The translations under genes and the position numbers were made by a program. Shown here one piece after another: positions 22,553 through 32,337 of a stretch of 64,000 bases of DNA (its first letter is position 1; each line of letters opens with the position of its first letter). Where the stretch lies: assembly GCA_965232465.1 (NCBI GenBank), contig OZ246977.1:1348649-1412648 (forward strand), read 5' to 3'. Source of the stretch: Alphaproteobacteria bacterium (GTDB lineage: Bacteria; Pseudomonadota; Alphaproteobacteria; JAQWUY01). The notes under the pieces were generated by a model, which ran no database searches, was not told the DNA's origin, and saw only the letters and a program-made list of their open reading frames with translations.

Positions 22553-23460
22553 GCGGTGTCTCCTATGATTTTTATTTCTGGTATTAAGGACACTTTGTGT
22601 GTATCATATACTTTTTGTTGTGCCATGTGTACCAGTTTTTCCAAATCAGCGGTGGTTGCCGTGCCTGTGTTAATTAAAAAATTACAATGTGTTGGCGATA
22701 TATGTGCCCCCCCGACCGCATACCCCCGCAACCCCACAGAATCAATCAATTTCCACGCTTTATATCCTTTGGGATTACGAAAAGTCGACCCCCCTGTTGC
22801 CGATTTGACAGGTTGGGATTCGATACGATTTTTAATAATCATATCCATATTTTGGGCAATATCATCCTTGGGTGTTGGTATGCCCTTAAATACCGCTTGG
22901 GTAAATATCAATCCTTGTGCCACCTGACAATGGCGATATGCCAAGCCCATATCTGATATGGTAAAATCCAACTGTTCCCCATGTCTGTTCAGGGCCGATG
23001 CAGATACCAATACATTTTTTATTTCGCTATTATATGCCCCCGCATTCATGGCAAGTGCCCCGCCCACTGCCCCAGGTATGCCAATCATAAATTCCAAACC
23101 GGACAATCCATGTTGTAACGCAGTTTTTGCCACTTTGGCATCACTGACACCTGCTTGTGCAATAACCATATCGCCATTTACTTGTATATAGTTTAATGCT
23201 GTCATGCGAATAATAACCCCTTTATATCCGCCATCACGCACCAATACATTAGACCCCAGCCCCAATGGATATATGGGGATATTGGCTGGTATATTTTGTA
23301 AAAAATCCTGTAAATCATCCATATCCGCAGGGGTAAATACACACGCTCTTCCACCCGTGCGAAACCAAGTTAGTTTATCCATATCAAGCACCTGTACCCG
23401 TCCCCGCACAGGGGGTATTTTGCCTGATATGGTTTGTATGGACATATTGTTATCCGCCAT
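22549..23460 (-). CDS. murB: UDP-N-acetylenolpyruvoylglucosamine reductase
   Basis: FAD-binding MurB motifs (WFRTGGRA, GLGSNVL). Confidence 0.9.
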   Translation of the reverse strand: MADNNMSIQTISGKIPPVRGRVQVLDMDKLTWFRTGGRACVFTPADMDDLQDFLQNIPANIPIYPLGLGSNVLVRDGGYKGVIIRMTALNYIQVNGDMVIAQAGVSDAKVAKTALQHGLSGLEFMIGIPGAVGGALAMNAGAYNSEIKNVLVSASALNRHGEQLDFTISDMGLAYRHCQVAQGLIFTQAVFKGIPTPKDDIAQNMDMIIKNRIESQPVKSATGGSTFRNPKGYKAWKLIDSVGLRGYAVGGAHISPTHCNFLINTGTATTADLEKLVHMAQQKVYDTHKVSLIPEIKIIGDTA

Positions 23461-24890
23461 TATACTTTTCCGACACCCGCATTATGGGCGTAGGTGGTAA
23501 TGTCCCCTGCCCCCATATAAATCACCATATCATCAGCAGTTACCATATGCGATACCTTATCATACACGCCTTGAAAATCGTCCACTACCTGTACATGATT
23601 ATGCCCTGATGCGGAAATGCCCATTGCCAACGATTCATGGGTTATGCCATCTATGGGTGATTCCCCAGCAGGATATATGGGGGTAATAATCACACAATCC
23701 GCTTCGTTAAAACAGGTACAAAAATCTTCGAACAAGATTTGTAAGCGGGTATAACGATGGGGTTGTACCACCGCATATAGTTTGCCTTCACAGTTGGCTC
23801 TGCCCGCTTCTAATACCGCCTTTATTTCCACAGGATGGTGGGCATAATCGTCTATGACTTTTGCACCATTGATGTACCCTGTATGGGTAAATCGGCGTTT
23901 TACCCCTTTGAAATCCATATAAAGGGATGCCATTTTATCAATATCAATCCCCACTTCCAACGCCACCGCCACCGATGCCAACGCATTTTGAATATTGTAG
24001 GTACCCCTTAATGGCAACACCAAACCCATAATATCCCCATGCGGTGTGATAACATCTAATGTGGTTCCCATAGGTGTATTTTTAATATTTACCCCCCGAA
24101 TATCCACTTGGGGATTTAAACCATAAGTCACAATACGACGATTGGTAATTTGCATTGCCATTTTTTGGACTTCTGTGTGATCGGCACACAAAATAGCACA
24201 CCCATAAAATGGTATATTTTCCACAAACTGTAAAAAGGCGGTTTTTATATGATCATAGGATGTATAAAAATCCATATGTTCCGCATCCATGTTGGTAACC
24301 ACCGCAATTGTCGTTGGTAAACGGGTAAACGACCCATCCGATTCGTCCGCTTCCGCCACAAACCAATCCCCTGCCCCAAAGGTGGCGTTGCTACCCAAAT
24401 TATTTAAAATCCCCCCATTTACCACAGTAGGGGCAACTCCCCCATTTATCAACGCATGGGCAACCAAAGAAGTCGTCGTCGTTTTACCATGTGTACCCGC
24501 AATGGAAATGGATACTTTTAACCGCATAATTTCCGCTAACATTTCCGACCGATGGACAATGGGAATTCGATGTTTTGAGGCGTATACATATTCAGGATTA
24601 TCTGATTTAATAGCCGTCGATACAACAATCGCATCCGCCCCATGTACATTTTTTCCACAATGTCCGATACAAATATGTGCCCCAAGCGTTTGCAATCGGG
24701 TGGTAATATCGGATTTTTTTATATCAGATCCACTGATAACACAGCCCATACTCAGCAAAATTTCGGCAATACCACTCATACCAATACCGCCAATACCGAC
24801 AAAGTGTAAGCGTCCTAGATTGAAACCTTGCTGAGGTAAGGTGACATTAAAAATATCAGCCATACGTTTTTGTGTCTGTTTTTGTGTCAT
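23460..24890 (-). CDS. murC: UDP-N-acetylmuramate--L-alanine ligase
   Basis: Mur ligase with HFVGIGGIGMSGIAE and GTHGKTTTTS. Confidence 0.9.
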   Translation of the reverse strand: MTQKQTQKRMADIFNVTLPQQGFNLGRLHFVGIGGIGMSGIAEILLSMGCVISGSDIKKSDITTRLQTLGAHICIGHCGKNVHGADAIVVSTAIKSDNPEYVYASKHRIPIVHRSEMLAEIMRLKVSISIAGTHGKTTTTSLVAHALINGGVAPTVVNGGILNNLGSNATFGAGDWFVAEADESDGSFTRLPTTIAVVTNMDAEHMDFYTSYDHIKTAFLQFVENIPFYGCAILCADHTEVQKMAMQITNRRIVTYGLNPQVDIRGVNIKNTPMGTTLDVITPHGDIMGLVLPLRGTYNIQNALASVAVALEVGIDIDKMASLYMDFKGVKRRFTHTGYINGAKVIDDYAHHPVEIKAVLEAGRANCEGKLYAVVQPHRYTRLQILFEDFCTCFNEADCVIITPIYPAGESPIDGITHESLAMGISASGHNHVQVVDDFQGVYDKVSHMVTADDMVIYMGAGDITTYAHNAGVGKV

Positions 24891-26005
24891 GTGGTGTTAC
24901 TCGTAAAATATGTCTGTACCATATGGGCAATTTTATATTCCGCTTGGGGTACAAAAAACTGTTTACCCTGTGCGGATAAATCCATTCTCCGTGTGTATGC
25001 ATCCATATCCAGTATAAGCAAATCAAGTTGTTTTTGCAAAAGATTTTGTAAATCTTGTGTTTCTGTAACAACCACACCACCTGTGAACTGAATAGCGTTG
25101 TAGTATTGGTGATTGTCAGCGGCGTATTTATATGGGACAAACACGGTGGGAACTCCCGCACACGCATTTTCCATAACCGTGCCTGCACCACTACGTGCTA
25201 TGGCAATATCCGCCCATTGTAATGCTGATACCATGTCTTCAATAAATGGGGTAACAGTAGCAATTATGCCAGCTTGTTTATAAAATTGGGACACAGTGTC
25301 CAGCTGTTTCATCCGTACCTGTTGCATCACTTGTATGGTATTTGCATATTTTATCAGCAGCTGTGGCACCACTTCGCCAAATACTTTTGCCCCCTGTGAG
25401 CCCCCGGTTATCAACACACGGATTTTATCCGCATCTGCTGTATAAGGTATATCGTATATGGATGCAATGTCTGTACGAATGGGATTACCAGTATAAGTGC
25501 ATATATCCCGTGCCAATCCACGGGTATCAGAAAATGACACTGCCACCCGTTTTGCCCACTTGGAAAATAACCTATTGACTCGTCCCGCATAAGCGTTTTG
25601 TTCATGCAAAAACACAGGCACCCCCCACGCCACACAAGCAAACAGCACCGGCACTGATGCGTATCCACCAAAACCAATGACCGCATCAGGCTTTAAACGG
25701 TTTATATGTCGAAGTGCTACAAAAAAACCCCATAAAATAATCAGTAATGATATTATCTTGAACGCAACACTCTGTCCCACGACCGCACGGCTGGGAATGG
25801 CAATAATATTTTTGAGGGTATCCACACCGCTGGTATCACACCACTTCACCCCCCGTGTATCTGTAAATATATGGATGGTATTGCCCATATTATGCAAATG
25901 TGCACCGGTTTTAATGGCGGGGTACATGTGTCCACCTGTTCCACCTGTGGTAATAATGATTGTTTTTTTCATACTATACCCCTTCATATTTTCTGCGTCG
26001 GGCAA
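24887..26005 (-). CDS. murG: UDP-GlcNAc:lipid I GlcNAc transferase
   Basis: GT28 family; ITTGGTGGHMYPA. The real start may be the internal MKKTII. Confidence 0.9.
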   Translation of the reverse strand: MPDAENMKGYSMKKTIIITTGGTGGHMYPAIKTGAHLHNMGNTIHIFTDTRGVKWCDTSGVDTLKNIIAIPSRAVVGQSVAFKIISLLIILWGFFVALRHINRLKPDAVIGFGGYASVPVLFACVAWGVPVFLHEQNAYAGRVNRLFSKWAKRVAVSFSDTRGLARDICTYTGNPIRTDIASIYDIPYTADADKIRVLITGGSQGAKVFGEVVPQLLIKYANTIQVMQQVRMKQLDTVSQFYKQAGIIATVTPFIEDMVSALQWADIAIARSGAGTVMENACAGVPTVFVPYKYAADNHQYYNAIQFTGGVVVTETQDLQNLLQKQLDLLILDMDAYTRRMDLSAQGKQFFVPQAEYKIAHMVQTYFTSNTT

Positions 26006-27122
26006 ATGCCATAAACAGCCCTAAGCTACCCGCTACCGCCACATAAGACGATCCCCCCATAGAGATAAGCGGCAAAGTCATACCTTTGGCGGGAATAAGC
26101 CCAATAGTAGACGCAATGTTAATCGCCGTCTGCATGGAAAATTGTGCACAAATCCCCACCATTGCTAGCATGCTAAATACATCATTTTTATGCCATATCA
26201 ACCACAACATACGGGCAATAATTGCCCCAAATAATAATAATATGGCTATGGTAACTATTAATCCGCCTTTTTCTGCGTACACGACAAAAATAAAATCTGT
26301 ATGTAGCTCTGGTACCGCTTTTATAATGCGACCATTGCCAACCCCTTGTCCAAAAAATCCGCCTTCTTGAAATGCTTCGAGAGATTTTTTAACTTGATAG
26401 CCTCCATTTAAAAAATTTTCCCAACGGGTACTGACATGGGGAAATATCAAATACGCAATCAGTATCAGCAACATCACCAATATCCCAATCACTATTAACC
26501 ATAAATGTGCCAATCCAGCCATGTATAATTGTGATACCCAAATTCCTGTCAATAACAAAGTTTGTCCAAGATCTGGTTGTATTATAAATAGTATGGCAAA
26601 CACCGCAAAAATTCCAAAACTGATCCCCACTGCGGGAATGTTCACAGTGTCAAAACGAGCGGATAAAAACCATGCGGACACCACCGCAAATATAGGTTTG
26701 GCAAATTCACTGGGCTGTACAGAAATACCATCAATTTGTATCCAACGGGTCGCCCCTTTACTGGATTCACCCAAAAATAGTAATAATATTAACGCCACAA
26801 TCAATACAAACGCCAAAACTACACACAAAATGCGAATCCATTTTAAAGGTAATGCGGATGTAATAAAAAATACGATAAACCCCAGGGCAGAAAAAATTAA
26901 AAATCTCATATTAATAATCTTATCTTCCATAATATTTAACCGTGTATAATTGGAACTAGGCACAGAAAAACTGGTCATAATACCTACAATAAATAATATA
27001 CATATCAATCTAAGTAGCATTTTATCCAATGATCGCCACCAATTTTTAATCCCGCCGATGGATATATAAGAAAACAATCGTGTTATCATGTACGCCCCCC
27101 CTGTGTATACAGTTGTACACAT
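25974..27122 (-). CDS. ftsW: Cell division / peptidoglycan glycosyltransferase FtsW (SEDS family)
   Basis: 10-TM SEDS protein within the dcw cluster. Confidence 0.85.
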   Translation of the reverse strand: MCTTVYTGGAYMITRLFSYISIGGIKNWWRSLDKMLLRLICILFIVGIMTSFSVPSSNYTRLNIMEDKIINMRFLIFSALGFIVFFITSALPLKWIRILCVVLAFVLIVALILLLFLGESSKGATRWIQIDGISVQPSEFAKPIFAVVSAWFLSARFDTVNIPAVGISFGIFAVFAILFIIQPDLGQTLLLTGIWVSQLYMAGLAHLWLIVIGILVMLLILIAYLIFPHVSTRWENFLNGGYQVKKSLEAFQEGGFFGQGVGNGRIIKAVPELHTDFIFVVYAEKGGLIVTIAILLLFGAIIARMLWLIWHKNDVFSMLAMVGICAQFSMQTAINIASTIGLIPAKGMTLPLISMGGSSYVAVAGSLGLFMAFARRRKYEGV

Positions 27123-28375
27123 TCGATAAACACATCACCCCGGTGGGCAAAATTGTTAAATTGGTCCCAAGATGCACACGCAGGCGATAATAATACAACA
27201 TGTGCCATTTGCCCAGCCGTTTGTTGTATGCATGCGTATACATCAGAAACAGCTTGCTGCATATGTCCACTAATTATATAGGGTACATGGTGGGTATCCA
27301 AAAAATTGGCAATATTTTGTGCCCCTTCACCAATCAAATACGCATATGATATACGATGCAAATATGGGATAATGTCCACATATCCATCCCCTTTTTCTTG
27401 CCCACCGGCAATCCAATGAATGTTTTCATAACACCCCAATGCCATTATAGTGGATTGTACATTGGTGGCTTTGCTGTCATTGATAAAAATCATATTTTCG
27501 TCTTGATACACCACTTGTTGACGATGTTTTAAACCTTGAAAGGTGGTACAAGCATTTAAAATATCGGTTTTATCAATACCCAATTTTTCACATATTGCCA
27601 CCGCAACGGATATATTTTGGCGGTTGTGGTTGCCTTTAAGATATATTGTTTCCTCTGCATTCTTATAAGACACCGTATGCACATCACAGCCTCTGTTTTG
27701 TAAAATTTCTGTAACATAATTGCCCATATCATCGTCTGTGCATATGACCGCCCCATCGTTCATATTGTCAAAAATCCGCATCTTTGCGGTCACATAATTT
27801 TCCATATTACCATGCCATGTCAAGTGATCAGGGCTGATATTTAATAATCCCGCCACATCAAAACGCATACCATTGATACGGGTTAACATATACGATGACA
27901 TTTCCATCACATACACGCCCCCCATCCCTAAGTTGGGCAAGGCAACAGCGGGGGTGGTAAAATTCCCCCCCACCGCATGGGGTATGCACACGCTGTTTAA
28001 AATGTGTGCCACCAACGCAGTAGTGGTTGATTTCCCATTTGTACCCGTAATACCGACATAAGTCGCTTGTGGGGACAAATCATAGCGCAATTTAACCTCC
28101 CCCACCAAAGGAATACCGCATGCCAACGCCTTTTTACATATGGGATGGGTATCTGGGATACCGGGACTGGCAACGACAAAATCCAAATTCTGCATATCCA
28201 TATGCTGCATATTACATAGCTGAACACAGGGCATATTTCGTACCTGATAACAGGCGGATTCTGTATCATCCCACGCATATACTATTGCCCCTAGTTCCAC
28301 CAAAATGCGGGTACTATGTATACCAGCAACCCCCAAACCTAAGACAGCAATATGTTTTCCTTGATACATATACAC
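27086..28375 (-). CDS. murD: UDP-N-acetylmuramoylalanine--D-glutamate ligase
   Basis: Mur ligase; GITGTNGKSTTTAL. Confidence 0.9.
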   Translation of the reverse strand: MYMYQGKHIAVLGLGVAGIHSTRILVELGAIVYAWDDTESACYQVRNMPCVQLCNMQHMDMQNLDFVVASPGIPDTHPICKKALACGIPLVGEVKLRYDLSPQATYVGITGTNGKSTTTALVAHILNSVCIPHAVGGNFTTPAVALPNLGMGGVYVMEMSSYMLTRINGMRFDVAGLLNISPDHLTWHGNMENYVTAKMRIFDNMNDGAVICTDDDMGNYVTEILQNRGCDVHTVSYKNAEETIYLKGNHNRQNISVAVAICEKLGIDKTDILNACTTFQGLKHRQQVVYQDENMIFINDSKATNVQSTIMALGCYENIHWIAGGQEKGDGYVDIIPYLHRISYAYLIGEGAQNIANFLDTHHVPYIISGHMQQAVSDVYACIQQTAGQMAHVVLLSPACASWDQFNNFAHRGDVFIECVQLYTQGGRT

Positions 28376-28376
28376 C

Positions 28377-29453
28377 TTATCGTAATTTTAATGTAGACAA
28401 CCCGATAATCGCCAAAATTATAGCACATATCCAAAATCGAACGACAATTTTACTTTCGGGTAAGCCCTTTTTTTCATAATGGTGATGCAATGGTGCCATG
28501 GCAAAAACCCGCTTGCCCGTCAGACGAAAACTGATAATTTGAATCATAACGCTAAGGGCTTCAATAACAAAAATACCGCCAATGACCGATAAAATAATCT
28601 CATTTTTAGTCAACACCGCTAATGCCCCGAGTGATGCCCCCAAACATAATGACCCTGTATCCCCCATAAATACCGATGCAGGCGGGGCGTTAAACCATAA
28701 AAATCCCAGAGTTGCACCAACAATAGCCGATGCCACAATGGTCAATTCCCCAACCCCTGCCACATAAGGAATAAATAAATACTGGGCATATACCACATTA
28801 CCAACCAAATAGGCAATGGCACCATAACACGCCGCCGCAATAAAAATTGGCACACCTGCCAGTCCGTCTAATCCATCGGTCAAATTAACCGCATTGCTGG
28901 ATCCAACAATAACAAGTATGGCAAATGGTACAAAAAATACCCCTAAGTCAAACATTGTGTTCTTGACAAATGGCAATACCAATACAGATGACAAATCATC
29001 CCCCACCCTATATTGAAACCAAATAACTGCTACTAAGGCAATAACACATTGTAGCAAAAACTTTGTACGGGAACGCATATCACGATTTTTTAATTTACCA
29101 TAATCATCCATAAAACCAAGTAAACCATATCCCAAAATTACAAATATCATAATCCACACATACGCATTGGTAATATCCGTCCACAGCAATATGGAAAGCA
29201 ACACAGATGCCAATATCATAACCCCACCCATGGATGGCGTACCATGTTTTTTCTGGTGATTTTCAGGCGTATATGCCCGTACATTTGATGCCCCATTTTG
29301 CAACATGCGTAATATATTAATAATGCGATTACCAAATAACAAGCACAATATCAATGCGGTTATCATTGCCCCTGCGGAACGAATGGTAATATAGCGGAAT
29401 ATATTAAAAATTTGAAAAATATCTTCATATTGTGGTAATATGTTATATAACAC
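28377..29453 (-). CDS. mraY: Phospho-N-acetylmuramoyl-pentapeptide transferase
   Basis: Polytopic membrane enzyme with NAVNLTDGLDGLA. Confidence 0.9.
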   Translation of the reverse strand: MLYNILPQYEDIFQIFNIFRYITIRSAGAMITALILCLLFGNRIINILRMLQNGASNVRAYTPENHQKKHGTPSMGGVMILASVLLSILLWTDITNAYVWIMIFVILGYGLLGFMDDYGKLKNRDMRSRTKFLLQCVIALVAVIWFQYRVGDDLSSVLVLPFVKNTMFDLGVFFVPFAILVIVGSSNAVNLTDGLDGLAGVPIFIAAACYGAIAYLVGNVVYAQYLFIPYVAGVGELTIVASAIVGATLGFLWFNAPPASVFMGDTGSLCLGASLGALAVLTKNEIILSVIGGIFVIEALSVMIQIISFRLTGKRVFAMAPLHHHYEKKGLPESKIVVRFWICAIILAIIGLSTLKLR

Positions 29454-29467
29454 TTGTTTGCTACTTT

Positions 29468-30871
29468 CTAATCTGTTTTAATTGTCATTTGCTGTAATAA
29501 AATATCCATCCGCATACCCCTTGACCCCTTGACCAACACCACATCGTTATCTTGCAAACAATCCAGTACTAATGGACATAATTGTTGTATACTTGCCCCC
29601 CAAAATACGTGTTTTTTATCAGGAATGCAACCATATAAATAACGCATCTGTTGCCCACATAAAAATATCATATCAATAGTATTGAAATACGCAGGATCAT
29701 ATATATCTTGGTGTAACTGTATACTGGATTGTCCCAATTCCAACATATCACCAATAACTGCGATACGACGATTTTTTGTCGGCATATCCACCAAAACCTG
29801 TAACCCTGCCCGCAACGATACGGGGGAACTGTTATAAGTTTCATCAAATACAGATACAGATATTGTATGTCCATTATCTTTATATACCTGATACGCATCT
29901 ATCTGTCCCCGTGCAACAGAAGGGGTATGATGTGTAAGCACATCCACCGCTTTGGTAATGGATAATCCCAAAGCATATACTATGTGCAACACTCCCACTG
30001 CATTCAACACCCGATGTGTACCCAACATCGGCAATACAATCTGATATGTATTGCCTGCAATATTAACCGATGTGGATTGCCATCCATATTCTTGTATTGC
30101 ACAAGATATAATATTTTTTTTTGTGTATACGAATGTTATATTTGCGTATGTATCCGCGCCTTGCTGTAAAATTTCTGGGTGCAGGCTATCACCATTATAT
30201 ATGGCAATTTTATCGCCTTTTTTATTCTCTGTCAGTCCTTCAAAAATTTCTGATTTTGCCTTTGCAATGCCTGCAACATTTTTGAATGATTCCAAATGTG
30301 CCATATCGACGGCGGTTACAATCGCCACATGTGGACGGACAATTTGGGTCAAATGGCGGATTTCACCGCCAGCAGACATACCCATTTCAATCACCGCATA
30401 TGCACAATCAGCATGAATTGCCAACAATGACAATGGTACGCCCAGATGATTATTTAAGTTACCCACAGTTGCTTGGGTCTTGCCAAAATTTAATAATATG
30501 GCGTTTAAAGTATCTTTGACACTGGTTTTACCCACCGACCCTGTAACGCCTATGACTGTACCCTTAAATTGCGTGCGGGCATATATTCCCATATCTGTTA
30601 AGGCCTGAAGGGTATCGGATACGACAATTTGCGGTATGGCAATATTATCACACTTATGATGTACCAATACGCACACCGCCCCTTTATCAATTGCTTGTTG
30701 TATATATGCATGCCCATCGTTTGTATCGGTTTTTAAAGCGATAAACATATCACCTTGTTTCGTCTTGCGACTGTCAATAGTAAATGAATATACCCATATG
30801 GTATTATTCCCATATACCTGCCCCTGGCAAGCATCGGCTAAGGTTTGTATATGCCAAGCATGTGTATTCAT
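29468..30871 (-). CDS. murF: UDP-MurNAc-tripeptide--D-alanyl-D-alanine ligase
   Basis: Mur ligase; GVTGSVGKTSVK. Confidence 0.9.
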   Translation of the reverse strand: MNTHAWHIQTLADACQGQVYGNNTIWVYSFTIDSRKTKQGDMFIALKTDTNDGHAYIQQAIDKGAVCVLVHHKCDNIAIPQIVVSDTLQALTDMGIYARTQFKGTVIGVTGSVGKTSVKDTLNAILLNFGKTQATVGNLNNHLGVPLSLLAIHADCAYAVIEMGMSAGGEIRHLTQIVRPHVAIVTAVDMAHLESFKNVAGIAKAKSEIFEGLTENKKGDKIAIYNGDSLHPEILQQGADTYANITFVYTKKNIISCAIQEYGWQSTSVNIAGNTYQIVLPMLGTHRVLNAVGVLHIVYALGLSITKAVDVLTHHTPSVARGQIDAYQVYKDNGHTISVSVFDETYNSSPVSLRAGLQVLVDMPTKNRRIAVIGDMLELGQSSIQLHQDIYDPAYFNTIDMIFLCGQQMRYLYGCIPDKKHVFWGASIQQLCPLVLDCLQDNDVVLVKGSRGMRMDILLQQMTIKTD

Positions 30872-32337
30872 GTTCTCATATCCTGTATAATTTGTGTGAT
30901 AGTTTGCACATCACTGTGTGGATATATGGTATCGCCAATTATTTGTCCTGTTTCATGTCCTTTGCCTGCCACCAATACAATATCCCCCTGCTCAGCCGTA
31001 TGCAAGGCATGGGCAATAGCATCAATGCGATTGCCTGCATCGACACACTTCATACGATTACCTTTTATAATCTGCTTACGAATAGTTGCGGGATTTTCAT
31101 GACGCGGATTATCATCAGTAACAAAAACAGCATCAGCATAATCACAAGCAATTTTACCCATTTTCGGGCGTTTGTCGTTGTCCCGATTACCCCCACATCC
31201 AAACACGATTATCAAACGATTTTGCGTATGTTCCCGTAACGCCTGTAATGCGGTCTGCAACGCATTAGGCGTATGGGCATAATCCAAATAAATATCCGCC
31301 CCAAGAGGGGTTTTTACCACAAACTGCATGCGACCACATACAGGGGTTATATGCGACAAATGGGGCATAATATCGCTTATATTTAATCCATTTTGTAATA
31401 CCAAACCGAGGGCACATAAGACATTTTCCAATTGAAACGCCCCAATTAAGGGAATATGTGTACAGATCCTTTGTTTCATAATGGTCATATGTACATAAAA
31501 TCCCGTTTCTGTAGTGGATAAAGCGTACACATGAATATCTGGCACCCCCACCATTTTTTTACCCACAACCCCATACGATATTACCCGAATGTCCCGTGCC
31601 AAACATATGTGTTGCAAATGACAAAATTCCTTAGTACCAGCGTTTAAAACAGCGGTACTTTGGGGGGGAAGTACATGGGAAAACAACCGAGATTTTGCCT
31701 TAAAATACGATGCCATATTCCCATGATAATCCAAGTGGTCGTGGCTAAGATTGGTAAATGCCCCTACTTGCACTGACAAACCGTCTAGCCGACACATATT
31801 TAATCCATGTGAAGATGCTTCCAAGCACGCATATTCCACATTATGCTGTGTGTGTGCATCATATAATATTCGATGTAAATCTGCTGGTTCGGGCGTAGTC
31901 AGGGAAATACTGTCATCCTGTATGGCGCCTTGCACCCCCATCGTGCCCACAGAAATAGCTGATTTACCACATTTTTGTAATAATTGCGTAGCAAAATTGG
32001 CAACACTAGTTTTCCCATTGGTACCTGTTACCATCATAATATATCTGGGTTTTGGCATATAAAAAACATTACACATTTGTGCATATACTCGACGGGGGTT
32101 TTTACAATATATCACTTGTATGGTATTGGGAATATCCGATAAACTGTCTTGTATATCCATATGGGTGATAATCACTTGTGCCCCATTTTCAATGGCATCA
32201 TAAATGAAATCTGTTCCATTCATTACTGTACCCCGCACCGCCAAAAATGCCATACCTGTTTTGACCATACGGCTGTCGCTGGTTAAACCGGAAATAAAAT
32301 AAGATGTATCATTGTATATAATAGTTTTGTATATCAT
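30868..32337 (-). CDS. murE: UDP-MurNAc-L-Ala-D-Glu--2,6-diaminopimelate ligase
   Basis: Mur ligase; MVTGTNGKTSVA. Confidence 0.9.
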   Translation of the reverse strand: MIYKTIIYNDTSYFISGLTSDSRMVKTGMAFLAVRGTVMNGTDFIYDAIENGAQVIITHMDIQDSLSDIPNTIQVIYCKNPRRVYAQMCNVFYMPKPRYIMMVTGTNGKTSVANFATQLLQKCGKSAISVGTMGVQGAIQDDSISLTTPEPADLHRILYDAHTQHNVEYACLEASSHGLNMCRLDGLSVQVGAFTNLSHDHLDYHGNMASYFKAKSRLFSHVLPPQSTAVLNAGTKEFCHLQHICLARDIRVISYGVVGKKMVGVPDIHVYALSTTETGFYVHMTIMKQRICTHIPLIGAFQLENVLCALGLVLQNGLNISDIMPHLSHITPVCGRMQFVVKTPLGADIYLDYAHTPNALQTALQALREHTQNRLIIVFGCGGNRDNDKRPKMGKIACDYADAVFVTDDNPRHENPATIRKQIIKGNRMKCVDAGNRIDAIAHALHTAEQGDIVLVAGKGHETGQIIGDTIYPHSDVQTITQIIQDMRT